Shown in pieces: positions 20,392 to 30,574 of a stretch of DNA of 64,000 nt. The stretch covers positions 63,615 through 127,614 of the forward strand of contig CBFIBM010000001.1 in assembly GCA_965660855.1 (NCBI GenBank), read 5' to 3'. This DNA comes from an uncultured bacterium. Its GTDB lineage: Bacteria; Fidelibacterota; Marinisomatia; Marinisomatales; UBA1611. The notes beneath the pieces were generated by a model, which ran no database searches, was not told the DNA's origin, and saw only the letters and a program-made list of their open reading frames with translations. A program made the translations under genes and the position numbers. Position 1 is the first letter of the stretch. Every line of letters begins with the position of its first letter.

Positions 20392-21554
20392 ACTGGGAAA
20401 AAGTAATATCTGAAAGATTTCACATTAATACAGGAAATCAAAATAAGTACTCAAATATTTTATCATTATTTGGAATGAGTTTAGGTTGCTTTGCAATGGT
20501 GATTTCACTTTCCGTAATGAATGGTTTTGAAGTTTCGGTTCATAAAAAATTAATTGATTTTGATGGAGATTATCGTATCTATGGATTAAATGATTTATCC
20601 CAAATAAGTCAGATAAAAGATGTAAAGTATGTAATGCCTTTTATGGAGAGAAGAGGTGTTGCTGAAACCAACTCCAGTAGAAAAGTTGTTACATTAAAAG
20701 CAGTTAATGAAAGTTTATTTGAGCAATTTTACAACCTAAATATTAATGGCTCAAAAATAAAAAAAAATAACGTTGTTATCGGAAATGATTTAGCGATTAG
20801 ACTCGGGAAAAATATTGGAGATAAGTTGATCCTTTATAGCCCTATAGATCAAAGTTTTGGTTTAGGACTTCCGCACAAAGAAGAATTTATAATCAGTGGT
20901 CTTTTTTCTACAAAGATTCTTGACTATGATGACCGCTTTATTTTTATGTCTTTGGTAGATGGAGAGAATCTTTTTAAAAGGAAAAAAAATATTGATGGTG
21001 TTGATATAAGAATAAACAAGAACAGTTATTTAGATTCTTTTAAAGATGATATAAAAAAAGGTTTTCTTGAAGATATTGAAATATTTTCATGGAAAGATTT
21101 AAACAGATCATTGGTAGATGCCATGAAAATAGAGCGAATTGCAACGATATTAATATTAAGTTTAATATTTGTGGTTTCAGGGTTTCATTTAGCATCATAT
21201 TTAACACTAGTTTCATATCAAAAAATTAAAGAATTAGGCATTTTGAAAGTTGTTGGTGTATCGAATCAGTCAATTATTAAAATAGTAATAGGGTATGGAT
21301 TAAAAAAATCTATAAAAGGCGCATTCTATGGAATAATTTTTGGACTACTAATTATTGTAATTCAAAATAATTTTTCAATAATTAAAATTCCATCTCAAAT
21401 TTATTTTATTCAAGCACTTCCAATGATTATTTCATTAAATGATGTTTTAGTAATTACAATGTTATCGTTTACATTTATATTTTCAGCCTCTTTTTTGACA
21501 GGAGTCAAAATTTCAAGAATAAATATTATTAAGGCATTAAAATGGAACAAATAA
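20388..21554 (+). CDS. Lipoprotein-releasing ABC permease (LolC/E family)
   Basis: SLSVMNGFE, KELGILKVVG; same topology. Confidence 0.8.
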   Translation: MNWEKVISERFHINTGNQNKYSNILSLFGMSLGCFAMVISLSVMNGFEVSVHKKLIDFDGDYRIYGLNDLSQISQIKDVKYVMPFMERRGVAETNSSRKVVTLKAVNESLFEQFYNLNINGSKIKKNNVVIGNDLAIRLGKNIGDKLILYSPIDQSFGLGLPHKEEFIISGLFSTKILDYDDRFIFMSLVDGENLFKRKKNIDGVDIRINKNSYLDSFKDDIKKGFLEDIEIFSWKDLNRSLVDAMKIERIATILILSLIFVVSGFHLASYLTLVSYQKIKELGILKVVGVSNQSIIKIVIGYGLKKSIKGAFYGIIFGLLIIVIQNNFSIIKIPSQIYFIQALPMIISLNDVLVITMLSFTFIFSASFLTGVKISRINIIKALKWNK

Positions 21555-22210
21555 TTTTAAAAGCAGAAAATATATATAAATCATTTTTTAATGGCGATGA
21601 AAAATTAAATGTTTTAAAGGGCTTTAATTTTTATTTAAAGGAAAAAGAGATTATCTCAATAATGGGAGATTCAGGTTGCGGTAAGTCTACAGCATTAAAT
21701 ATACTTGGTACTTTAGATAAACCAGACTCGGGTGATTTAATTTTTAAAGGCGAAAAAATTGATGATTTTAATAATCAAGAATTATCTAAAATTAGAAATG
21801 AAGAAATTGGATTTGTTTTTCAATTTCATTTTCTTTTACCTGAATTCACTGCTTTGGAGAATGTTTTAATACCAACATGGATTAAGGGTGTCAAAAATAA
21901 AGAGAATTATGCAGAAGATTTATTTTTTGATTTAGGTTTGATTAATAAAATTAACTCATATCCTAGTCAATTAAGTGGAGGTGAAAGATCAAGGGTTGCT
22001 TTGATTAGAGGTATTATTAATAAACCTAAAATACTTTTTGCAGATGAGCCCACGGGTAATCTTGATAAAGAAAATTCAGATAAACTTATTGAACTTTTAA
22101 TAAAAATTAATAAAAATTACAGTCACTCAATTGTGCTCACAACGCATAATCCAGAGGTCGCTGATGTTGGTGATAAAAAATTTAAATTAGAAAATGGCAT
22201 ACTAAAATAG
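21542..22210 (+). CDS. lolD: Lipoprotein-releasing ABC ATPase
   Basis: GDSGCGKS, GFVFQFHFLLPEFTALENV, LSGGE, ADEPTGNLD. Confidence 0.9.
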   Translation: MEQIILKAENIYKSFFNGDEKLNVLKGFNFYLKEKEIISIMGDSGCGKSTALNILGTLDKPDSGDLIFKGEKIDDFNNQELSKIRNEEIGFVFQFHFLLPEFTALENVLIPTWIKGVKNKENYAEDLFFDLGLINKINSYPSQLSGGERSRVALIRGIINKPKILFADEPTGNLDKENSDKLIELLIKINKNYSHSIVLTTHNPEVADVGDKKFKLENGILK

Positions 22211-22213
22211 ATT

Positions 22214-24682
22214 ATGAAAGAAAACTTTTCAAAAAGAATACAAGCAATAATAAAGATTTCAAAAGAAGAAGCTATTAGATTAGGACATAGTTATGTTGGC
22301 TCAGAGCATTTGTTACTTGGTCTTATTAAATGCGGAACAGGCCTATCTCAAAAAATATTTGAAATATATGATTTAGACTCAAAAAAGATTATATCTAGCA
22401 TTGAAGACCTAATCAAAACATCTGGTGGCTCAATGACTTTAGGCCATCTTCCTTTAACTAGGAGAGCCGAAAGAATTTTAAGAAATTCTTTTAAAGAATC
22501 GATGAAGTTAGATGCCTCTTATGCGGATGATGAGCATTTATTATTAGCAATTTTATCAGAATCAGATGGTATTGCCATTGAAATATTAAGATCGCTATCA
22601 TTTGATTATGACACGGTAAAAGATTTAGTATGTACAAACAATAGTAATTTAATTGATCGTGATGATAGTGAAGCTCAAGTAGATCAAAGGTTAGGTAGTT
22701 CAAAAACTCCAACTTTAAACCATTTTTCTAGAGATTTGACCCTATTGGCAACTAAGGGTAAACTTGATCCAGTCTTAGGTCGAGAAATTGAGATTGAGAG
22801 ATTAGTTCAAATTCTTTCAAGAAGAAAAAAGAATAATCCAGTACTAATTGGCGAACCAGGAGTTGGGAAGACATCAATAATTGAAGGTTTAGCTCAAAGA
22901 ATTATTCACAAAACATTACCCAGAGTACTTCATAATCAAAGAATTTTATCTTTAGACATCGCTTCCATAGTTGCTGGAACCAAATACAGAGGGCAATTTG
23001 AGGAGAGACTCAAAAGCTTAATGCGTGAGATTGAAAATAGTAAAAATATCATTATTTTTATTGATGAATTACATACAATTGTTGGAGCAGGAGGAGCCGG
23101 AGGCTCTTTAGATGCATCAAATATGTTCAAGCCATCTTTAGCAAGAGGTGATATAAATTGTATAGGTGCAACTACTTTAGATGAATATAAGAAAGTTATT
23201 GAGAAAGATGGTGCACTTGATCGTAGATTTCAAAAAATTATTATTAACCCACCAACCCTAAAAGAATCCATTGATATCCTAGATGGCCTTAAATCTAAGT
23301 ATGAGGAATATCATTTTGTTAAATACACCAAGGAAGCAATTAGTGCATGTGTTTATCTTTCAGATAGATATATTTCGGATATGTTTTTACCTGATAAAGC
23401 AATTGATGTTCTTGATGAGTCAGGTGCTAGGGCACATATGTACAATCATAAAGTCCCTAAAGGTATTATTGCAATTGAAAATAAATTAACCAATATAAGA
23501 GAGCAGAAAGAAATCAAAGTAAATAACCAGCAATTTGAAGAGGCTGCCATTTTAAGGGATAATGAAAAAAAAATATTAACTAAATTAAAAAAAGCTCAAA
23601 AAAAATGGAATGAAGATGAAAAAAGAGTTATCACTGAAATAACTGCAGATGACGTTGCAGATGTGGTCTCTTCCATAACAGGAATACCTTTATCAAAAAT
23701 ATCTGAATCAGAAAATAATAACTTGATTAATTTAGAAGCAGATTTAGGAAAATACATAATTGGGCAAGGTAAAGCAATATTTACTCTTTCTAAAGCAATC
23801 AGAAGATCAAGAGTTGGCTTGAGTAACCCTAATAAACCTAATGGGGTATTCCTCTTCTTAGGGCCCACAGGCGTAGGTAAAACAGAGTTGGCTAAATCTC
23901 TTGCAAAACATTTATTTCCTCATAAGCACTCACTTGTGAAAATTGATATGTCAGAATATAAAGAGCAATTCTCTCTATCAAGGTTAATTGGTGCTCCTCC
24001 AGGGTATGTTGGGTATGAAGAAGGTGGAGAGCTCACTGAAAAAGTAAGAAAAAGTCCTCATTCATTAATATTGCTAGATGAAATTGAAAAAGGACATGAG
24101 TCAATATATAACATATTGCTTCAAGTTTTCGATGAGGGTATCCTAACGGATGGACTTGGAAGGAAGATAGATTTTAAAAATACAATTATCATTATGACCT
24201 CAAATATAGGTACTAGATATCTAGAAAATAATGAATATGGCTTTGGAGATGATATCGATTTAAATAAAAAAAATAAGATTAGACAAACAATTAAAAAAGA
24301 AGTTATGGAGATATTTTCGCCAGAATTGCTCAATAGGATAGACGAATCAATAATTTTTGATTCATTAAACCAAGATGATGTTTTTAAAATTATTGACATT
24401 CAATTACAGGATCTAGTACTTAACTTAGAAAAACACGGAATAAAGATTAAAATCTACAAAACAGCAAAGAAGTTTTTGGCTACAAAAGGATATAATACTA
24501 AATATGGTGTTCGCTCATTGAAAAGAAAAATTCAACAATATTTGGAAGATCCAATCTCTGACATGTTTTTAAAAAAAATAATTAATAGTGGTACTACTAT
24601 TTCTGTAAAATATCAAAAAAATAAAATACAAATTGATACTGTTTTACCAAAAATCAATGAAAATGTAAAAACCTCAAATTAG
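22214..24682 (+). CDS. clpC: ATP-dependent Clp protease ATPase, ClpC type
   Basis: Double Clp-N domain, GEPGVGKT, UVR-type middle domain (FEEAAILRD), GPTGVGKT. Confidence 0.92.
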   Translation: MKENFSKRIQAIIKISKEEAIRLGHSYVGSEHLLLGLIKCGTGLSQKIFEIYDLDSKKIISSIEDLIKTSGGSMTLGHLPLTRRAERILRNSFKESMKLDASYADDEHLLLAILSESDGIAIEILRSLSFDYDTVKDLVCTNNSNLIDRDDSEAQVDQRLGSSKTPTLNHFSRDLTLLATKGKLDPVLGREIEIERLVQILSRRKKNNPVLIGEPGVGKTSIIEGLAQRIIHKTLPRVLHNQRILSLDIASIVAGTKYRGQFEERLKSLMREIENSKNIIIFIDELHTIVGAGGAGGSLDASNMFKPSLARGDINCIGATTLDEYKKVIEKDGALDRRFQKIIINPPTLKESIDILDGLKSKYEEYHFVKYTKEAISACVYLSDRYISDMFLPDKAIDVLDESGARAHMYNHKVPKGIIAIENKLTNIREQKEIKVNNQQFEEAAILRDNEKKILTKLKKAQKKWNEDEKRVITEITADDVADVVSSITGIPLSKISESENNNLINLEADLGKYIIGQGKAIFTLSKAIRRSRVGLSNPNKPNGVFLFLGPTGVGKTELAKSLAKHLFPHKHSLVKIDMSEYKEQFSLSRLIGAPPGYVGYEEGGELTEKVRKSPHSLILLDEIEKGHESIYNILLQVFDEGILTDGLGRKIDFKNTIIIMTSNIGTRYLENNEYGFGDDIDLNKKNKIRQTIKKEVMEIFSPELLNRIDESIIFDSLNQDDVFKIIDIQLQDLVLNLEKHGIKIKIYKTAKKFLATKGYNTKYGVRSLKRKIQQYLEDPISDMFLKKIINSGTTISVKYQKNKIQIDTVLPKINENVKTSN

Positions 24683-24687
24683 GAGTA

Positions 24688-24758
24688 TGACAAAAAGTCT
24701 TTTAAACTTACTAAGTATGACTCAATGGCTTTTCCAATAATTTGGTATACTACTTGTT
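24688..24758 (+). promoter_or_regulatory. dnaK upstream region: two TGAC-N5-G(T/G)C boxes and a sigma54-like element
   Basis: AGTATGAC repeated 30 bp apart (TGACAaaaAGTCT 24688-24700; TGACTcaaTGGCT 24718-24730); TGGTAT-ACTAC-TTGTT at 24743-24758. Confidence 0.45.
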
Positions 24759-24797
24759 TAATTGTGTTATAAATATTTTTGTAGTAAAGGAGTACTA

Positions 24798-26705
24798 ATG
24801 AGTAAAATTATTGGAATTGATTTGGGAACAACTAATTCTTGTGTGGCTGTTTTGGAAGGTGGTGAGCCAACTGTAATTACTAGCCCTGAAGGTGGTAGAA
24901 CTACCCCATCAATCGTCGGCTTTGCAAAAGAAGGTGAAAGATTAGTTGGGCAAGCAGCAAAACGACAGGCAGTTACGAATCCTGAAAATACCGTATTTTC
25001 GATAAAAAGATTTATGGGAAGAATGCAACATGAGGTTAGCAATGAAATTAATGAAGTCCCTTATTCAGTTATTAAAAATTCAAGTGGTGCATGCGTTGTA
25101 AATGCTGGTGGAAAAGAATATACTCCTCCTGAAGTTTCTGCAATGGTACTTCAAAAATTAAAGCAGCAAGCTGAAGAGTACCTAGGTACTAAAGTTACAG
25201 ATGCGGTAATCACGGTACCCGCATATTTTAATGATTCTCAAAGGCAAGCTACTAAAGATGCGGGAAAGATTGCTGGATTAAATGTTAGAAGAATAATTAA
25301 CGAGCCAACTGCAGCTTCCCTAGCTTATGGACTGGATAAAAAGAAAGATGAAAAAATAGCTGTTTTTGACTTAGGAGGTGGTACTTTCGATGTCTCAATT
25401 CTTGAATTAGGTGATGGCGTCTTTGAAGTTAAATCTTCAAATGGGGATGGACACCTTGGTGGAGATGATTTTGACCAAAAACTAATTGATTGGATAGCCG
25501 ATGAGTTTAATAAAACCGATGGAATTGACCTAAGAAAAGATCCCATGGCCCTACAGAGGCTAAAAGAAGCGGCAGAAACTGCCAAAAAAGAACTATCTTC
25601 TTCAAAAAAAACAGATATTAATTTACCTTTTGTTACTGCTGATGCATCAGGTCCTAAGCACCTTAACATGTCATTATCCCAAGCTAAATTTGAAGATTTA
25701 GTTAGTGATTTAGTCGAAAGAACTATTCAGCCATGTGTTCAAGCAATAAAAGATGCTGGTATGTCGACCTCTGAAATAGACGAAGTTATACTGGTAGGTG
25801 GTTCTACTAGAATCCCTAAAATTCAAGAAAAGGTGAAAGAGATTTTTGGAAAAGAACCAAACAAAAGTGTAAACCCTGATGAAGTTGTAGCATTAGGAGC
25901 TGCTATTCAAGGTGGTGTCTTGTCTGGAGATGTTGATGATATTTTACTATTAGATGTCACGCCCTTATCTTTAGGAATAGAAACTCTTGGAGGCGTTTCA
26001 ACGCCTCTAATTGAACGCAATACAACAATACCGACAAAAAAATCACAGGTTTTTAGTACAGCTGCAGATAATCAGACAACCGTTGAAATCCATGTTCTAC
26101 AGGGAGAAAGAGAAATGGCCAATGATAATAAAACTATTGGCAGATTTAATCTTGCAGATATACCTTCTGCACCAAGAGGAACACCGCAGATTGAAGTAAC
26201 TTTTGATATAGATGCTAATGGAATTCTAAATGTAAATGCAAAAGATAAAACAACAGGAAAAGAACAAAGTATTAGAATTGAGGCTTCTAGCGGTTTATCA
26301 GATTCTGAAATTGAAAAAATGGTTAACGATGCAAAAAAACATGAGTCTGAAGATAAACTCAAAAGAGAGAAGATTGATTTAATTAATCAAGCAGAACTAG
26401 TTATTTACGAAACTGAAAAAAATATTTCGGAAAATGGAGACAAGTTAGATGAGACTGAAAAAAATAATTTATCAGAAAAATTAAATGCTACCAAAAAAGC
26501 TAAAGACTCTGGGAATATCGAAGATTTAAAATCCACGATGAATGAATTAAATACTCTTTACAGTACATTAGCACCTAAGATGACATCTTCAACTAATTCT
26601 GAAGGTCCTGATAATACTAGTAAGTCATCTGCCGAAAGCCAGAATAAATCAAAATCTAGTAAGAAGGATGAGGTTGAAGATGCTGATTTTGAAGTTGTAG
26701 AATAG
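24798..26705 (+). CDS. dnaK: Chaperone DnaK
   Basis: [25 protein letters not shown]; AAGGAG SD before ATG 24798. Confidence 0.98.
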   Translation: MSKIIGIDLGTTNSCVAVLEGGEPTVITSPEGGRTTPSIVGFAKEGERLVGQAAKRQAVTNPENTVFSIKRFMGRMQHEVSNEINEVPYSVIKNSSGACVVNAGGKEYTPPEVSAMVLQKLKQQAEEYLGTKVTDAVITVPAYFNDSQRQATKDAGKIAGLNVRRIINEPTAASLAYGLDKKKDEKIAVFDLGGGTFDVSILELGDGVFEVKSSNGDGHLGGDDFDQKLIDWIADEFNKTDGIDLRKDPMALQRLKEAAETAKKELSSSKKTDINLPFVTADASGPKHLNMSLSQAKFEDLVSDLVERTIQPCVQAIKDAGMSTSEIDEVILVGGSTRIPKIQEKVKEIFGKEPNKSVNPDEVVALGAAIQGGVLSGDVDDILLLDVTPLSLGIETLGGVSTPLIERNTTIPTKKSQVFSTAADNQTTVEIHVLQGEREMANDNKTIGRFNLADIPSAPRGTPQIEVTFDIDANGILNVNAKDKTTGKEQSIRIEASSGLSDSEIEKMVNDAKKHESEDKLKREKIDLINQAELVIYETEKNISENGDKLDETEKNNLSEKLNATKKAKDSGNIEDLKSTMNELNTLYSTLAPKMTSSTNSEGPDNTSKSSAESQNKSKSSKKDEVEDADFEVVE

Positions 26706-26716
26706 TACATTTTTTA

Positions 26717-26745
26717 AAAAAGGGATGGTGAAATAATACCTTTTT
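26717..26745 (+). terminator. Possible weak intrinsic terminator after dnaK
   Basis: AAAAAGG...CCTTTTT inverted repeat within longer TTTTTAAAAA flanks; AT-rich stem. Confidence 0.35.
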
Positions 26746-26797
26746 AAAAAACCAAAGAGACTTTCTTAATATCAATTGCTTATGTAAGCTTTATATA

Positions 26798-29700
26798 ATG
26801 ATTTTAAGAAAATTTAAATACTATGCTCTGGGAATAATAGCATCAATATTTATCCTAGTTGGATATTTTTCCCGTACTGAATTACATAAGAACTTAATAA
26901 CTAGAGTCTTAAATCAAAAATTAGAACCCATAGGACTGCATCTTACATACGAGAATGCTTCTGGGTTTATATTTTCTACTTTATATTTTGAGAATATCTC
27001 TATTGTGAATAAAAAAAACAATGCTATTTTAATTGAAGAAATTGCATTTAATATAAATTATTTTTCTACATTTTTTGATTTACTGACTTTTGATTTAGTA
27101 GTGATTGAAGGTTTACAAGGGGAGATATTTAATCCTGAAAGTAATAATACAAAAGAATATACTGATTTTTTTTTTTTAGAGATTCCTGTTAATATTAAAT
27201 CTCTCTTCATTGATGGAAGATTTAATCATACGTTCAATAAAAAATTAAATGAAATGAAATTTTTCGTTAGTGGGTCGTTTAATTCGGATAAAGAAAAAAA
27301 GTTAGATTGTGATATTTTAAAAGTAAAAATAAATGAAGATAATAATTTATCATGTGATTTAAAAAATATCATTATTCAAAGTGATTCAGAAAAAATCTTT
27401 TTTAGAAATATAAAAGGGGAGTTTCTTACTTTACCAGTTAAAGGACAAATAAATTATGACACAAAAAAATCTAGATTAAATGGTGAATTAGAATTAGTTG
27501 AATTTAGTTTTCCAGAAGATTTTTTTCAAAAAACTCCATTAAAAGATAAATTTTCAAATTTTAGAGGAAGTTTATCATTTGAATCAAATTTTAAAAATTT
27601 TACAGGAAAAATAAAAATTGAAAATAATCTTGACCTAAATGCAATAGGCGAGTTCCATATTTTAAAAGAAGAAGATATATGGTTTTTGAAAAAATTAAAA
27701 TTGAATGGTGAGAATTCTGAATTAACGATAAATGGTTTATTAGAAAATAGAGAAAGAATCAATAGTTATATAAATTTGAAAAATTTAGATTTGAGCAGGT
27801 GGATGAATGATCAAAAAGAGACAAACCTTTCTGGACTATTAATATTAGATGCTTCTTTGGCAAACTACAAAACCTTAGACCAAATTGATTTAACTCTAGA
27901 AATATTAGAGGAAAAACTTTTTAATGAAGGCGAAATTTCAATTAATGGACAAATAAGCTACAAAGATAGTTTAATTAATACGGCTGACCCAGTTTTAATC
28001 TTTGTTGGAGATAGTTATCTTACGATAGACGGAGAAGGAAACCTTAAGAATAATCATGTTAATTTATCAATTGAACTTGAAAAAGCTGATATTGATCTTA
28101 TAAACAACTTTATGCCTGGCGATTTCATTTCAGGTGTTGCTACTGGTAAAATGAATGTTAACGGGAACATAAATAACCCTATAGTTAACTCAGAATTATT
28201 ATGTGAAAATGTCAAGGTAGACGATTTTTTATTACAAACATTAAACTTAAGTTCAAAAATAGAATGGGATAATAATTTACCATTCGGTTTTTTAGATATA
28301 AAAGCAGGTATTGGTACATGGAGGACCTTCTCTTTTGAAAATGGTACCTTTGAAGCAGCATTTAATAAAAAAGAAATGATTATAGAGAATTGCCATTTTA
28401 AGTCTGGTGGTGATTTTTTTCAAACATCTGGAAGTGTGCAAAATTTTAGAAATTATAATATTGATAGACTGCAAATTGCTTACCAAGATAACTATCTTGT
28501 GAATTCAAAAGAACTTTCGTTCTCTCTTAGTGATTCGACGTTCAGGTTTAAACCATTTGAACTACATATTAATGATGGAACATTGGAAGGTATATTAGAA
28601 AAAGATATTATCACAGAGGGGCATTTTAAAATGTCAAATTTTAATGCAAAAATTTTTACACAATTTATAAATGACAAACGTTTACAGGTCTCTGGACTAA
28701 TTTTTGGTGAAATTTATGTAAAATCAAGTTTGGGATCAGATAATTTAGATTTTGATATTTCATTGAAAAACGGATTTTATATGGACCAAGAATTTGATGA
28801 AATGATTATTTCTTGTTTATTTAGAAATGGAGTTATCCATATAGATGATATTTCAATGACTAAAAAAGGGAAGTCAGGTTTTAATATAACAGGTATATAT
28901 CCTTATGATGTTAAAAAAAGTAGAATGCCTTCTATATCACTCTCATCCAATTTTTCAAATTTCCCCTTATCAATTATTAATCAATATTTTCCTAAATTTT
29001 TTGATATAAATGGTGATGCAACTGGAACAATTACTATTAGTGGAAACCCAAAAAAAAGTAATTATTCTTATCAAATTGAAGTAGAAAATATGATTTTTGA
29101 TTTAGTAGAATTAGGAAAAGTCTATTTAGAAGGATCTTATAAAGATAATAGTCTTTTCATCGAAAAGCTTTTTTCAAAATCCATAAATGGTGAAATTATT
29201 GTAAGTGGTTATATTCCATATAATTTAAATATTGGTTCAAGTAATTTAGGTAAATATTTCTCTGACGATACATTTGATTTATCAATTCATTCAAAGTTAA
29301 ATAATTTATATTTATTAACCCCTTATATAACTGATCTTGATTCAATTATTGGTGATTTTGATGTAATACTAGAATTAACTGGAAAGCCCGACGAAATCAA
29401 ACGCAATGGTAAAATAAATTTAATTAATGGTCAATTATATACTATTCAACTTGGTGATGATATAAATAGAATAAATGGTGAGGCAATAGTTAGAGACAAT
29501 ATTTTAAGTATTACTTCCTTAAAAGCCAATATTTTTCATCAAAATTCAAAATATTTAAATAAAGCAAATACAAATACCAAAATAAGTGGTGAGATAGACA
29601 TAAGCCAGTTCTTTAAACCTGATTATAATTTAAGAATTGAAGCTATTGAGGCTTCTTATCGGCTATTATTTATCGATATAACTGGCCAAGCTAATCTAAA

Positions 29701-30574
29701 TCTAGAAATTTCTGGAAGAGATACAATTGAAATATCTGGTGTGATTGAATCTTTAGATGCCAACGTATTTTATGAATTTAATCAGGAAGATATTGGTTCT
29801 GCGATAGATGAGGAAAATAATATAGTAATGTCATACAACTTAAATATTCCATTGAGATCATCAGCTTTTTTTCAAAATTCACAAATTGATGCTGAGATAT
29901 TAGGTGAGATAAGTTTATCTCAAAAGGGACATCAAGAAGTTGATTTTGGTGGACAAATTATTGTTGAAGATGGTAACATTTTCTCCTATAAAGATAACTT
30001 TGATGGATTACAAGGTATTGTAAATTTTGACAATAAAGGTTTTAATCCTTTTATTGATGTTAATGCTAACACTTTTATTGATGATGAGAGAATTAGCCTA
30101 AGAATTTCAGGTGGAATTGATGATCTTGATATAATTTTAGAATCTGGAAGTGGATTCTCTGAGAGTGATATTTTAGAACTTTTAACATGGGGTAAACGTT
30201 TTGAAGATCAAGAAATGACCTCAACCGGATTTGGTAATCAAACAGTTTCAATACTTGGGGCATTACTTGAGAATCAATTAGAGAAAAATTTAAAAGAATC
30301 AAGTTTAGGTATGATGAATTATGTTGATGATATTGATATAAAAGGGGCAGCAGGCCTTCTGCAAGGTGCTGATGAAGATTTCGAATTGACTGCAAAAAGG
30401 CAAATTGGAAATAAAACATATCTAAATCTTTCATATAAACGCTCATTCTCTTTGAATCAAGATCAATCTCAAATTGGAGTAGAATATAAGCTTAATAGAC
30501 ATTTTTCAGTTGTAGGGAATATGGATAAAGAAGGAAATCTAAATTTAAAATATAGATATAGATATGCATATTGA
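26798..30574 (+). CDS. tamB: Translocation/assembly module TamB-family protein
   Basis: N-terminal anchor, long beta-rich body, C-terminal DUF490-like region (SESDILELL, VEYKLNR); precedes an Omp85 gene. Confidence 0.75.
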   Translation: MILRKFKYYALGIIASIFILVGYFSRTELHKNLITRVLNQKLEPIGLHLTYENASGFIFSTLYFENISIVNKKNNAILIEEIAFNINYFSTFFDLLTFDLVVIEGLQGEIFNPESNNTKEYTDFFFLEIPVNIKSLFIDGRFNHTFNKKLNEMKFFVSGSFNSDKEKKLDCDILKVKINEDNNLSCDLKNIIIQSDSEKIFFRNIKGEFLTLPVKGQINYDTKKSRLNGELELVEFSFPEDFFQKTPLKDKFSNFRGSLSFESNFKNFTGKIKIENNLDLNAIGEFHILKEEDIWFLKKLKLNGENSELTINGLLENRERINSYINLKNLDLSRWMNDQKETNLSGLLILDASLANYKTLDQIDLTLEILEEKLFNEGEISINGQISYKDSLINTADPVLIFVGDSYLTIDGEGNLKNNHVNLSIELEKADIDLINNFMPGDFISGVATGKMNVNGNINNPIVNSELLCENVKVDDFLLQTLNLSSKIEWDNNLPFGFLDIKAGIGTWRTFSFENGTFEAAFNKKEMIIENCHFKSGGDFFQTSGSVQNFRNYNIDRLQIAYQDNYLVNSKELSFSLSDSTFRFKPFELHINDGTLEGILEKDIITEGHFKMSNFNAKIFTQFINDKRLQVSGLIFGEIYVKSSLGSDNLDFDISLKNGFYMDQEFDEMIISCLFRNGVIHIDDISMTKKGKSGFNITGIYPYDVKKSRMPSISLSSNFSNFPLSIINQYFPKFFDINGDATGTITISGNPKKSNYSYQIEVENMIFDLVELGKVYLEGSYKDNSLFIEKLFSKSINGEIIVSGYIPYNLNIGSSNLGKYFSDDTFDLSIHSKLNNLYLLTPYITDLDSIIGDFDVILELTGKPDEIKRNGKINLINGQLYTIQLGDDINRINGEAIVRDNILSITSLKANIFHQNSKYLNKANTNTKISGEIDISQFFKPDYNLRIEAIEASYRLLFIDITGQANLNLEISGRDTIEISGVIESLDANVFYEFNQEDIGSAIDEENNIVMSYNLNIPLRSSAFFQNSQIDAEILGEISLSQKGHQEVDFGGQIIVEDGNIFSYKDNFDGLQGIVNFDNKGFNPFIDVNANTFIDDERISLRISGGIDDLDIILESGSGFSESDILELLTWGKRFEDQEMTSTGFGNQTVSILGALLENQLEKNLKESSLGMMNYVDDIDIKGAAGLLQGADEDFELTAKRQIGNKTYLNLSYKRSFSLNQDQSQIGVEYKLNRHFSVVGNMDKEGNLNLKYRYRYAY

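Noticed and set aside
24772-24798. GAGTACTAA before dnaK resembles the right half of CIRCE
   Set aside because: Left half (TTAGCACTC) is absent; the sequence is explained by the SD and start region
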